Shown piece by piece: positions 1-9,160 of a stretch of DNA of 64,000 nt. The DNA comes from Candidatus Marinacidobacterales bacterium (lineage in GTDB: Bacteria; Acidobacteriota; Vicinamibacteria; Marinacidobacterales; SMYC01): the NCBI GenBank assembly GCA_965237955.1, contig OZ250169.1:6720001-6784000 (forward strand). Reading direction: 5' to 3'. Position numbers and translations under genes: made by a program. The notes under the pieces were generated by a model. It was given only the letters and a program-made list of their open reading frames with translations. It did no database searches and was not told the origin of the DNA. Every line of letters starts with the position of its first letter. Position 1 is the first letter of the stretch.

Positions 1-1399
1 TGTCGGTGGCGAGACCGGTGTTCGCGTACATCTGCGGAAACAACATCGAGATGAGAACGTAGGCGAGCCGGTCGCGTAGCTTGTTGGTGACGCGCGAGCG
101 TTTCCAAACCGCCGACAGATCGTAGAATTTGTTCCAGACTTCCTGCGTGCGCACGCGGATCTCGTCCATCGTCATCGTCGGGTGCGGGAGGTAGAGTTTG
201 GGTCGTTTGCTACGCGGGATGAGCCAAAACCGGTTGAGAGGAATTCCCTCGACGGTTTCCTTGGCCTGATCGATCTCCTTCTCCCACTTCTGAAAATCGA
301 CCGTTCCCGGAAACGGCGTGAGCGTGACGAACTGCGCGAAGTCCAGGCCTGCCTTGCCCGCGAGCTCCACCGTTGCGTCGAAAGTATCCTCTCGGTCCGT
401 CGACAATCCAAAGATGAACGAGCCCAAAATATGAACATCGTGCTCGACGAACTTACGTAGCTGGCGAACCAGGTCGTCACCGGCAACGTTGAAGTCCTTG
501 AAAACCGCTTTCAAGCCCTCCTCGGTGACCGACTCCACGCCCACGAGCGCGCCCTTGACGTTCGCCCGCTTCATCGCCTCGAGATACTCCGTATCGTCGG
601 CGGCCTCCATGGTGATCTGAGTAAGAAACACCATGTCATGCGGGAGCTCGGCGAGGCGATCCATGAGCTCGAATCTCTCCGCGCGAATGTCCTTGAGCTC
701 TTGAAGGCGAGGCCCGTTCCGACGCTCCTCGAGCTCGATGTCCTGAATGGTAACGGGATAGAAGTTGTCGTCGGCGAGCAGAATGAAGCGAAACCCCTTC
801 CGTCGGAGCTCGACCACTTCCTGTACGACGACATCGGCCAGGCGTTGCCGCGGACGTTGCCCGTCGGTGCGCCACACCGAGCAGAAAGAGCAATGCTTCG
901 GACAACCGCGCACCGTCTGAACGGACGCGATCATGTAGCTGTCAGTCGGCATGAGATCCCAGCGCGCCGGCAGAAATTGATCGCCTTCGATGCGACCCCC
1001 GTCGTAGATGCGTTGCTGCTTGCCTTCGCTGATGTCTTCGAGGACATGGCTCCAAATGTGGTCGCCGTCGCCGGTCACCACCGAGGTAGCTCCACCATGC
1101 TCGAACGCTTCTTCCGGATAGAGCGTAGGATGGGAGCCGCCGAAAACGACGTGGGCGCCTCGTTCACGCGCCTTGCGACCGAGCGTGTATCCCCGCAATG
1201 CGTTCAGCGTGTGGATGCCGATCCCCACGACGTCTCCGGGTTCGACCGTATCGAAATCCATCTCATCGAGAGTTTCGTCGACGATATTGGGCGTACCGAA
1301 CCGCGCTGGTGTGGCCGATGCCAGAACATAGAGCCAGCGAGGCACGATGATGCCTATCCCGAAGGACGTATCGTTAGGGTTAATCAGATGGACGTTCAT
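1..1399 (-). CDS. B12-binding-domain radical SAM protein, 3' end runs off the window
   Basis: Not in the ORF track; translated by hand. ATG at 1399 (MNVHLINPNDTSFGIGIIVPRWLYVLASATP), CxxxCxxC motif RGCPKHCSFC near 880-905, and QMYANTGLATD at the window edge, all in one frame. Confidence 0.85.
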   Translation of the reverse strand, partial: MNVHLINPNDTSFGIGIIVPRWLYVLASATPARFGTPNIVDETLDEMDFDTVEPGDVVGIGIHTLNALRGYTLGRKARERGAHVVFGGSHPTLYPEEAFEHGGATSVVTGDGDHIWSHVLEDISEGKQQRIYDGGRIEGDQFLPARWDLMPTDSYMIASVQTVRGCPKHCSFCSVWRTDGQRPRQRLADVVVQEVVELRRKGFRFILLADDNFYPVTIQDIELEERRNGPRLQELKDIRAERFELMDRLAELPHDMVFLTQITMEAADDTEYLEAMKRANVKGALVGVESVTEEGLKAVFKDFNVAGDDLVRQLRKFVEHDVHILGSFIFGLSTDREDTFDATVELAGKAGLDFAQFVTLTPFPGTVDFQKWEKEIDQAKETVEGIPLNRFWLIPRSKRPKLYLPHPTMTMDEIRVRTQEVWNKFYDLSAVWKRSRVTNKLRDRLAYVLISMLFPQMYANTGLATD

Positions 1400-1538
1400 G
1401 CAGGAGTCTCCGCAAGTGGTCGCGTTCACGTGAAAGGCGTTGCCGGCCAAACGGGACCATAGCCCGATCGCAAGATAGGCGAGGATACTGGAGCCCGGAC
1501 CCGGTGTCAACGAATAGCGACATGATAGGATTCCGTGG

Positions 1539-1961
1539 ATGGTGCATGGGGATTCAACCGACGTCGACGGTCTCACGATTCTCGGCGGCGGCAAGACGAC
1601 CTTCCCGTCGAGCCCAGACGAAGCGACCCTCGAGACGTTCGCGAACGCCTACCCGGACCGCAACTACAACATCCTGCTGGATTGCCCCGAGTTCACGTCG
1701 CTTTGCCCGATGACGGGGCAGCCGGATTTTGGCCGCATCGTCATCGACTACGTGCCCGGCGAGCGGTGCATCGAGAGCAAGTATTTGAATATGTATTTGT
1801 TTTCTTTTCGAAACCACGGCGGTTTCGGCGAAGCGATCGTGAATCGCATCCTCAACGATGTTGTCGCGGCGTGTATACCGAGACGCGCCACCGTGCGTGG
1901 AAGCTTCGCTCCGCGCGGCGGGATCAGCATCGAAGTCACCGCGAGCTTTCCCGAGGAGTAG
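1539..1961 (+). CDS. queF: preQ0 (7-cyano-7-deazaguanine) reductase, short type I, with a divergent QueF motif
   Basis: PEFTSLCPMTGQPDF catalytic Cys/Asp segment and C-terminal PRGGI; the signature reads ESKYLNMY. Confidence 0.85.
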   Translation: MVHGDSTDVDGLTILGGGKTTFPSSPDEATLETFANAYPDRNYNILLDCPEFTSLCPMTGQPDFGRIVIDYVPGERCIESKYLNMYLFSFRNHGGFGEAIVNRILNDVVAACIPRRATVRGSFAPRGGISIEVTASFPEE

Positions 1962-1967
1962 AACCGG

Positions 1968-2255
1968 ATGGCTGCTTATCTAATCGCGCGCGTCGAGGTC
2001 ACGAACCCGGACGTTTACCAGAACTACAAGAAGCTAGCGGCCGAGGCGATCGCGAAATATGAAGGACACTACCTCGCACGGGGTGGCAACATGGAAACCC
2101 TGGAAGGTGACGAGGAGTCGCGGCGGGTAGTGATCGTCGCGTTCCCCACCCTCGAACAAGCGAAGACGTTCTACAACTCGCCGGAGTATGCAGAAGCCAA
2201 AGCAGCCCGCGAAGGCGCTGCCAAGGGGCAGTTCATCGTCGTCGACGGCATTTAG
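1968..2255 (+). CDS. DUF1330 family protein
   Basis: 95 aa with YEGHYLARGG, LEG, RVVIVAFP and FYNSPEY, typical of the family. Confidence 0.9.
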   Translation: MAAYLIARVEVTNPDVYQNYKKLAAEAIAKYEGHYLARGGNMETLEGDEESRRVVIVAFPTLEQAKTFYNSPEYAEAKAAREGAAKGQFIVVDGI

Positions 2256-2261
2256 CAGCTG

Positions 2262-2471
2262 ATGACCGGCGGCCTCAAGCGCCGAAAATATGGCCACCGA
2301 GACACAGCGACCCAGTTTGCTTCGGAGCCGTCGAACGCAGCACACTTGGCCATGCAAATCGCGAGCTCGACCCGTGTCCAAAAGAGCGTGCAGAAAGACG
2401 TCATGAAGAACATGCAGGGTGATCTCGACGCGAGCAAGACCGCCATCGAACGCTACTACAGGGAACGCTAG
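2262..2471 (+). CDS. small hypothetical protein or gene fragment
   Basis: 69-aa ORF just after DUF1330; its stop overlaps the predicted sortase stop; no recognised motif. Confidence 0.3.
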   Translation: MTGGLKRRKYGHRDTATQFASEPSNAAHLAMQIASSTRVQKSVQKDVMKNMQGDLDASKTAIERYYRER

Positions 2472-3163
2472 TCGTCTGTCGCGATCGCGCGCACCACGTA
2501 AGCGTTCGGGCCCGCCGGGAACGACCGCATGGAAGGGAAAACACGTCACCAGCGTCAGCATCTTGTCGTCCGTCGGCTCTAGAACCCATAGATCGTTTTC
2601 GTCGACGACGAGCGTGGTCTCGACGCGATAGCGATGTCGCTTCGAGTCTGGCGTGTCGATGACGAGCTCGTCACCCGGCGTCAAATGCTCGAGGAACGCG
2701 AAGTGGGTGTCGCGGTGACCGCTCACGACCGCGTTCGATGCACCGCCCAACACGTCCGAGCTCCCTACGTGCGTCGGCCCGAACGCCATGTTGCGGCCGC
2801 TCGCGCCGGCGAGAACGAAGTAGTCTTCAGATAGCCGGGGCGCTCTCAAGAGCGCCACCGGCCAGGTGTCGGCCCAGGGCCAGGGCTTGGGCTCGGCCGC
2901 CCCGGCGACCCGTTGTTCCCAAGCCCGAGTCAGGAGGAGTTGGGCCAACTGTGCCTTGGCGAGAATCCAAATGCTCTCGCCGAAGAGCGCAAGCGCAGTC
3001 CCCTGTATCAGAACAAACTAGATAAAGCAGAGCTTGCCGGAACCCTTCTAAGTGCATGAATCTTATGAATATTATGGGCTGGCGAAAAGCCTAACTTTGT
3101 ATAGTAATCAAAGATCCAGGGGACTAGGGCGATGAAGAATAAACCGAACGCTCGTCTTTGCAT
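2468..3163 (-). pseudogene. class GN (dedicated) sortase, interrupted by a MITE near its 5' end and with a +1 indel near 2500
   Basis: Motifs KPWPWADTWP, GHRDTHF and LTLVTCFPF. Removing the MITE rebuilds MQRRAFGLFFIALALALFGESIWILAKAQLAQ from ATG 3163. Removing one base near 2500 gives the normal end GPERYVVRAIATDD*. Confidence 0.85.
2998..3124. mobile_element. 127-bp MITE, copy 1
   Basis: GTCCCCTG...CAGGGGAC ends with ~30-bp imperfect TIRs, AT-rich core, CTAG on the right and CAG on the left; near-identical to 9976-10102 and 18855-18981. Confidence 0.9.
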
Positions 3164-5301
3164 GATTTGTCGCCGCTCCAATGAATCAACAGACCGATAA
3201 TGAGAAGAAGAAACCCTAGAAGCGCGAGCAACTGGGCCGGCGTACTTCCTTGGGGCAGCGTTCCCACCGTGTGCTGGTAGCTCCAGCCTGCGGGCAGTTG
3301 CGTGGGCACCGCCTTCGTCATCCCCTTAGTCATCGGTGTACCGTGAGGTGCCGTCGGAGTGACGTCGACCGCGACAAGGCTCGTGAACCTCGACACCAGG
3401 TGGTGTTGTAGTGCCACATCGACCACCTGCGCCCGAACCTCGTCTCGGTCCGCCCCCTCCGTCATCGAATCCATCGAATCCACGCCTGCGGCAATTTTCC
3501 TGCGTGCCCACAGTTTGGCAACGCCGGAGTGCGTCTTACCGCCTCGAAGTTGAAACCCGATCCCCCAGGGCTGATCACCTCGTTGTCCCCTAACATCCAG
3601 TCCGCTGGAGACGTCGGGCAGCCGTGCGGTCACGACCACCGGCTCGCCCTGATAAAGATCGGGTATCCGCTTCGGCCAGACTTCGACGCGATCGTCTTCG
3701 AAGTCGAGCTCGATTCTGCTCAACACCGGGCTTTCGATCTTCCGAAAGAGCTCGCCCATCTTTTCGGAGACTTCACCCACGGTCCCGACGTAGGTGAACG
3801 TCCCACGACCGAACTTCGCCGCGCGCGTCATGAAGTGCGAGTTCGGTGCCGAGCCGATGCCGACGGTGAACAGGCGTCGCTCACCCAAGTTTTCTTGAAT
3901 GTAAGCAAACAGTTGCGCTTCGTTGCCAACGCTGCCGTCGGTAATAAAGATGACCTGGCGCACGCGATTCGATTCGAGGTCCCCTCTCTGCGAGAACGCC
4001 GCCGTCAGCGCGGACAACATCTCGGTGCCAGCGTTCGCGCCCAAACGCTCGACGTAGGCGCGTGCCCTCCCGATCGCCGGTCGGCCAGCGGCTACGGGCT
4101 GGTCGAAGAGCTTCGACGTCCGCGAATTGAACTGGATGACGTTGAAGGAATCCTCCGGCTGCAGTCGATCGAGTGCCATGAGGAGTGCCCGACGCGCTTG
4201 CTCGATCGACGTTCCGTGCATCGAGCCCGAGGTATCGATGACGAAGATCGTCTCGCGCGGCAGCCGTGCTCCCTTCCCTTCGACCTGCGGCGGGAGGAGC
4301 ATCAACATTATGTAGTTGTCCCCATCCACGCTCTCGGTAAACAAAGCCGCGCGGGGCGCGTCGCCCACCTCCGGCTTCCAACTCAACGTGAAGTCACGGT
4401 CCGCCGGCGTCGGCGTCTCCGAAAGCGAGATGCGGTAGCGAAAGCCGCCTTGATGCTCCACCCGGATGCGGTGCGAGGAACTGTCGATGCTCGGAAGCGG
4501 CATGCCCAGTCCAAGCTCGACCTCGAGATCGACGAGATTCTCGCGTTCCACACTCGGGTGGAGCACCGGCGGCGTCACCCTGCCCGCGTCAGGAACTATA
4601 TCGGTCGCCGCCCCCCAACCTGTTCCCGAGAACGCAACCTGTTCCGTGAGGGGCTTGCCGGGAATGTAGCGAGGCCCCACCACCATCGGGAAGCGCAAAT
4701 CGAACCGACCGGCTTGGTAGCGAATGTCTTCCTGGTATTCGAGCTGCACTTGCACCTCTTCGTGAGGCCCAATGTGCGCCACCGACATGGTGAAAATGTT
4801 CGGACGCTCTTGCTCGAGAAGCGACGCCTTCTTTCCAGCCTTCTTCGCCTTCTCGTAAGTTTGGCGCGCCTTCTGTTTTTCCTGGATCTGAGCCTCGATC
4901 ACCCGCTCGCCAATCACCATACGGAGGGTGTCGACCGCCGAGCGTTCGGGCAGCGGGAAAACGTAAACGCCTTCGACCCACTCACCCGAGGGATTGCGGA
5001 AGGTTTGCACCACCCGAGTCCGACCGATGAGCCCGGTCACGTGGATGCGCACTTTCGTCTCCACGGTGGGTGCCGGGACATACCCGCGGTCCACGTCCGT
5101 GCGCAGCAACAAGCTCCCCATCTGAACGTTGGCGGGCGTGACAGTCTGAGGCCGCGCCCGCTGCTTCATCGACGCCCACCCGGACGCCGCAAAAGCGGTG
5201 ACGATCGCAAAGGCGATGATCCGCTGGCTGATGGCCGATGGCCGATGGCCGATGGCCGATGGCCGACGGCCGATGGCGCTGCAAATGAATGTCCTCCTCA
5301 T
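3124..5301 (-). CDS. sortase target protein with VIT and vWA domains (marine proteobacterial sortase target type)
   Basis: Signal peptide, VIT domain (EGVYVFPLP), vWA MIDAS motif DTSGSM and FITDG, C-terminal LPQGSTP followed by a TM helix; RBS before ATG 5301; next to the sortase. Confidence 0.9.
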   Translation of the reverse strand: MRRTFICSAIGRRPSAIGHRPSAISQRIIAFAIVTAFAASGWASMKQRARPQTVTPANVQMGSLLLRTDVDRGYVPAPTVETKVRIHVTGLIGRTRVVQTFRNPSGEWVEGVYVFPLPERSAVDTLRMVIGERVIEAQIQEKQKARQTYEKAKKAGKKASLLEQERPNIFTMSVAHIGPHEEVQVQLEYQEDIRYQAGRFDLRFPMVVGPRYIPGKPLTEQVAFSGTGWGAATDIVPDAGRVTPPVLHPSVERENLVDLEVELGLGMPLPSIDSSSHRIRVEHQGGFRYRISLSETPTPADRDFTLSWKPEVGDAPRAALFTESVDGDNYIMLMLLPPQVEGKGARLPRETIFVIDTSGSMHGTSIEQARRALLMALDRLQPEDSFNVIQFNSRTSKLFDQPVAAGRPAIGRARAYVERLGANAGTEMLSALTAAFSQRGDLESNRVRQVIFITDGSVGNEAQLFAYIQENLGERRLFTVGIGSAPNSHFMTRAAKFGRGTFTYVGTVGEVSEKMGELFRKIESPVLSRIELDFEDDRVEVWPKRIPDLYQGEPVVVTARLPDVSSGLDVRGQRGDQPWGIGFQLRGGKTHSGVAKLWARRKIAAGVDSMDSMTEGADRDEVRAQVVDVALQHHLVSRFTSLVAVDVTPTAPHGTPMTKGMTKAVPTQLPAGWSYQHTVGTLPQGSTPAQLLALLGFLLLIIGLLIHWSGDKSCKDERSVYSSSP
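5222..5277 (-). repeat. tandem heptamer array (GCCATCG-like x8) inside the signal-peptide coding region
   Basis: Units read directly; they translate as AIGRRPSAIGHRPSAISQR. Confidence 0.9.
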
Positions 5302-5384
5302 TGGATCCTCCCGAGTGGCGCATTGTTCCGATGTCCCTACACCCCTATTTAAGGGCGCCGGTGCGCTCCGGGAGCGACAGACGC

Positions 5385-5422
5385 GTGGCGAATCGATGGA
5401 ACAATGTGGCAATCCCGTGGCA
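5385..5422. promoter_or_regulatory. putative OmpR-family binding array (four phased GTGGCA-like direct repeats)
   Basis: GTGGCG 5385, ATGGAA 5396, GTGGCA 5406, GTGGCA 5417, spaced 10-11 bp, in the divergent gap beside an OmpR-type regulator. Confidence 0.5.
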
Positions 5423-5463
5423 GGGGTAGCCGGCCTCGAAACCATGCGCTACATTGGAATTAC

Positions 5464-6180
5464 ATGGCAAAGCACATGGCTTCCGTCGCCATCGTCGACG
5501 ACGAGGAGAACCTCCGGGAGACGGTGGCGTACGCGCTCCGGCGTGAGGGCTACCACGTGGATCTCTACCGCGACGGCCAGGACGCATGGGAGAGGCTCGA
5601 GGGCGATCTCCCCGATGTCGCCGTTCTCGACATCTTGATGCCGCGGATGGACGGTCTCGAGCTCTGCCGCAAGCTCCGTGGCCAATCAGAGCTTCTGCCC
5701 ATCATCTTTCTCACCTCGAAAGACGAAGAGTTCGATCGTGTGCTCGGGCTCGAGCTCGGCGCAGACGATTACCTGTGCAAGCCTTTTGCGATGCGGGAGC
5801 TGGTCGCGCGGATCAAAGTTCTATTCCGCCGCCTCGCTCTCGCCGGCGCCAATGCGGACACCGACGGCGAAGAAGTCGTGAGCCTCGGCTCCCTCTCCCT
5901 CGATATGAGGCGCTATCAAGCGACGTGGAAGGACACGCCGTTGTCACTCACCGTCACCGAGTTCATGTTGTTGCACGCTCTCGCGCGCCGTCCCGGCCAT
6001 GTCAAATCGCGGGCGCGGCTCATGGAAGAGTGCTATCCGCACGACGCCTACGTGAGCGAGCGCACCATCGACAGCCACGTCAAGAGGCTCCGCAAGAAAT
6101 TCGGCCACATCGATCCCGACTTCGACGAGATCGACACGGTGTACGGACTGGGCTACCGTTATCGTGAGCACCAAAGCTGA
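5464..6180 (+). CDS. OmpR/ChvI-type response regulator of the dedicated sortase system
   Basis: REC domain (VDDE, DILMP, GADDYLCKPF) plus winged helix (RTIDSHVKRLRKKF, VYGLGY). Confidence 0.93.
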   Translation: MAKHMASVAIVDDEENLRETVAYALRREGYHVDLYRDGQDAWERLEGDLPDVAVLDILMPRMDGLELCRKLRGQSELLPIIFLTSKDEEFDRVLGLELGADDYLCKPFAMRELVARIKVLFRRLALAGANADTDGEEVVSLGSLSLDMRRYQATWKDTPLSLTVTEFMLLHALARRPGHVKSRARLMEECYPHDAYVSERTIDSHVKRLRKKFGHIDPDFDEIDTVYGLGYRYREHQS

Positions 6181-7747
6181 CCGCGCTCCCCTCCTGGGCA
6201 TCCGGCGCTTCGTCTCCCGCATCTCGATCCGACTGCTCGCGTTCAACGTTCTTCTCGTTTTCCTCCCGCTCGCTAGCGTCTCGTACCTGGAAATCTACGA
6301 ACGAAAACTCCTGCAAGCGCAAGAGCAATCGATGGTCCAGCAAGCGCGCGTGCTCGCCGCTGCACTTTCCGAGCGAGGAGCAATCGCCGAGACGCTGGTC
6401 GAGCCTATCCTCGTCCGTCTCAATCAGCGAACGACATCGCGTATCCGTGTCATCAACCAAGAACACCGGCTCGTCTCCGACACCAGCCTCCTCGGACCTC
6501 AGCGCGAGCCCGGACGGGACGCTAGAGAAGACGAAAGCGTGCGCTCGAGCTGGATGTACCGGCTCGGCTCGTCGCTATTTCGATTCGTCGATACCATCAT
6601 CGCCGGACCCGGACCCGTCATCGGCGAGGAGTTCTACTCGGCGGAGCGTCGCTTCGACGGCGCCGAGATCGAGCTCGCGTTCAACGGACAATACGGCGCC
6701 GCGACGCGCATCACGCCCGGAGGCCAGCGTTCGGTAACGCTCTACAGCGCGCTCCCGGTCGAAAACGACGGAGCGGTCACAGGCGTCGTTCTCGTCTCTC
6801 AGTCGACGTTCCAAATTCTCCAAGACCTCTATGAAGTTCGACTCGAGATCTTCCGTTTTCTTCTCGTGGCCGTCGGTGTCGCCGCGGTCTTGAGCCTTTT
6901 GGTATCGACCACCATTTCGCGTCCGCTGAAGCGTCTACGTCGTCAGGCACTGGCGATTCTCGACCGCCGCGGACGTCTCACCGGCCGTTTCAAAGGCTCC
7001 GAACGCCTCGACGAGATCGGCGATCTCAGCCGCTCGCTCTCGGAGCTTTCCTCCCGCCTCGAAGAGCGAATGCATTTCATCGAGTCCTTTGCCGCGGACG
7101 TTTCGCACGAGTTCAAGAATCCCCTCGCCTCGATGCGCTCGGCGGCGGAAATGCTTGCCGAGGTCGAAGACCCCAAAGAGCGCGAGCGTTTCGCGCGCAT
7201 CGTCGAAGTGGACATCGCGCGGCTCGAGAAACTTCTTTCCGAAGTCCGGGAGATCACGCTTCTCGACAGGTCGACAGCTGAGGATGACGCTGAGGATGAC
7301 GGGCTCCCCGGCCCCGTCGATCTCAACGCGGTCCTCAGAGGGGTGGCGGGACGAGAACGCTATGAGTCCGTCGAGCTCGAGCTGGATCTCGCCGAGGGTG
7401 AAGTCGTGGTCGCGGCCGGTCCCGATCGGCTAGCGCGCGTTTTCGAGAACTTGATCGATAACGCCGTTGGTTTCTCGAAGGACGGTCACGTTCGGGTGAG
7501 CTCGAAAGTGGAAGGACGTGAGGCTCTCGCCGTGGTCGAAGACAACGGGCCCGGCATTCCCGAAGAACACGGCGACAAAGTGTTCGACCGCTTCTTCAGT
7601 TTCCGACCCGACGGGACACCGTCCGAGCACAGCGGCCTCGGTCTCGCGATCGTGAAGGCGATCTTGGAGCGACGCGGCGGCAGCATCCGCACCGTGGCCT
7701 CGACGCTCGGCGGCGCCGGCTTCGAAGTCCGGTTGAAACTCGCTTAG
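6164..7747 (+). CDS. ChvG/CreC-like sensor histidine kinase
   Basis: Two TM helices, HAMP, H-box DVSHEFKNPL, N box ENLIDNA, G boxes DNGPG and GLGLAI. Confidence 0.93.
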   Translation: MSTKADRAPLLGIRRFVSRISIRLLAFNVLLVFLPLASVSYLEIYERKLLQAQEQSMVQQARVLAAALSERGAIAETLVEPILVRLNQRTTSRIRVINQEHRLVSDTSLLGPQREPGRDAREDESVRSSWMYRLGSSLFRFVDTIIAGPGPVIGEEFYSAERRFDGAEIELAFNGQYGAATRITPGGQRSVTLYSALPVENDGAVTGVVLVSQSTFQILQDLYEVRLEIFRFLLVAVGVAAVLSLLVSTTISRPLKRLRRQALAILDRRGRLTGRFKGSERLDEIGDLSRSLSELSSRLEERMHFIESFAADVSHEFKNPLASMRSAAEMLAEVEDPKERERFARIVEVDIARLEKLLSEVREITLLDRSTAEDDAEDDGLPGPVDLNAVLRGVAGRERYESVELELDLAEGEVVVAAGPDRLARVFENLIDNAVGFSKDGHVRVSSKVEGREALAVVEDNGPGIPEEHGDKVFDRFFSFRPDGTPSEHSGLGLAIVKAILERRGGSIRTVASTLGGAGFEVRLKLA

Positions 7748-7844
7748 ACCGAACCCGCCTTCTCCCTCGCCGAAGCTTCACATGAAGGCTGGTGGGGGCG
7801 CCGGGCACCAGATTCGGGTGGCCGTGTGGCGTCGTGCTTTGGAC

Positions 7845-7864
7845 AACTGTGTCCGGACACAGTT
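7845..7864. repeat. perfect 20-bp palindrome AACTGTGTCCGGACACAGTT, with degenerate copies at 8577-8596 and 9141-9153
   Basis: Read directly; the internal copy matches 17/20 and the terminal copy 12/13. Confidence 0.85.
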
Positions 7865-8095
7865 AGGCGTGAACGCTCGATAAAAAAAGTTAGAGAGAAA
7901 CTATTTTTTTCTTGACAGCTTTTTCGAAGCGCTTTGATAAAAAGTGCGGGTCCGATCTGTGATGTGTCTGTGCGCGCGTCAGAGCAACGATAGACGCGTT
8001 GTTTTTACTGTCGAGACTTTGAAAGACCCTTTATGTCTTTGCGCTTGATGTGAGCGAACCACAGGCGACAAAAAAGTCCATGCTATAAGAGGCTC

Positions 8096-9160
8096 ATGAA
8101 TAACAAAGACGATTTGAAATCGCTTTCCGACGACGAGTTGCTTCGTCGCTTGTCGGATGTGTTGGCGCAGTCGCGACGCGTGGAGTGGGTTCTCGTTGCA
8201 CACATCGCTGAAGTCGATGCGCGTCGTCTGTATGCGCGCGAGGGCTCGCCTTCCATGTTTCAGTACTGCCAAGACGTATTGCATTTGTCGGAGTCGGAAG
8301 CCTATCGACGTATCGCTGCCGCTCGTGTCTCACGCAGCTACCCCGTGATCCTGAAGATGCTCGAGGATGGACGCCTTCACTTGGCCGGCATCTCGGTGCT
8401 GAAAAAGCATCTAACGGATTCGAATTACGAAGACGTTTTGACTAGAGCAACGCACAAGACGAAGAGTCAGATCGAAGAGCTCGTGGCCGAGTTGGCTCCA
8501 AAGCCGGATGTTCCACCGAAGATTCGCAAGCGACCGCAACGCATAGCCAAGTCCGAGTCGCCGAAGTCTGTGCCCGAACTAATTCCGGACACAGTTGAGC
8601 AAACTGCTCCGGCAACGAAGCCAGAGCCTCCGGCGTCCCTTGAGAAGCCGGCCACCGTCGAGCAACTGGCACCAGCTCGCTACAAAGTGGAGTTCACCGC
8701 GAGCGAGGAGCTCCGCGACAAGCTCAGGCGACTCGAAGCACTCATGCCCGACTGCAACCTAGCCGAAGTCGTCGAAGCGGCCGTGATGGAGAAACTCGAG
8801 CGTCTCGAAGCCAAACGCTACGGCAAGACGAATAAGCCGAGAAGGAACCTCGAAGACGCCGATACGTCACCGGGCGTGCGCGGCATCGCCGCTCCCGTCA
8901 AGCGCGCCGTGTGGGAGCGCGACCGTGGCCAATGCACTTTTATCAACGGCAACGGCAAACGCTGCCCCGAGCGCTACAGGCTCGAGTTCCACCACGACGA
9001 GCCCTACGCGCTAGGCGGCGATCGAAGCGCAGACAACATCCGGCTGCTCTGTCGAGCCCATAATGCCTACATGGCGGAGATGGACTACGGCAAAGCCAAG
9101 ATGGACCAGTTCCGCGCCTGCGAACCCAAGCCTACGTTCGAACTGTGTCTGGAAGCTTGA
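8096..9160 (+). CDS. HNH endonuclease with DUF222-like helical N-terminus
   Basis: N-terminal HIAEVDARRLY...SMFQYC...LSESEAYRRIAAAR; C-terminal VWERDRGQC...LEFHH...GG...NIRLLCRAHN. Confidence 0.88.
   Translation: MNNKDDLKSLSDDELLRRLSDVLAQSRRVEWVLVAHIAEVDARRLYAREGSPSMFQYCQDVLHLSESEAYRRIAAARVSRSYPVILKMLEDGRLHLAGISVLKKHLTDSNYEDVLTRATHKTKSQIEELVAELAPKPDVPPKIRKRPQRIAKSESPKSVPELIPDTVEQTAPATKPEPPASLEKPATVEQLAPARYKVEFTASEELRDKLRRLEALMPDCNLAEVVEAAVMEKLERLEAKRYGKTNKPRRNLEDADTSPGVRGIAAPVKRAVWERDRGQCTFINGNGKRCPERYRLEFHHDEPYALGGDRSADNIRLLCRAHNAYMAEMDYGKAKMDQFRACEPKPTFELCLEA

Noticed and set aside
638-1462. 274-aa plus-strand ORF
   Set aside because: Antisense shadow of the minus-strand radical SAM gene; no motif of its own.
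2034-2467. Long C-terminal extension of the sortase in the ORF track
   Set aside because: Results from a one-base frameshift and would overlap DUF1330 on the other strand.
3529-5352. 607-aa plus-strand ORF and similar long antisense ORFs (e.g. 15843-17168, 50273-51595)
   Set aside because: Opposite to well-supported genes; expected from GC-rich codon bias.
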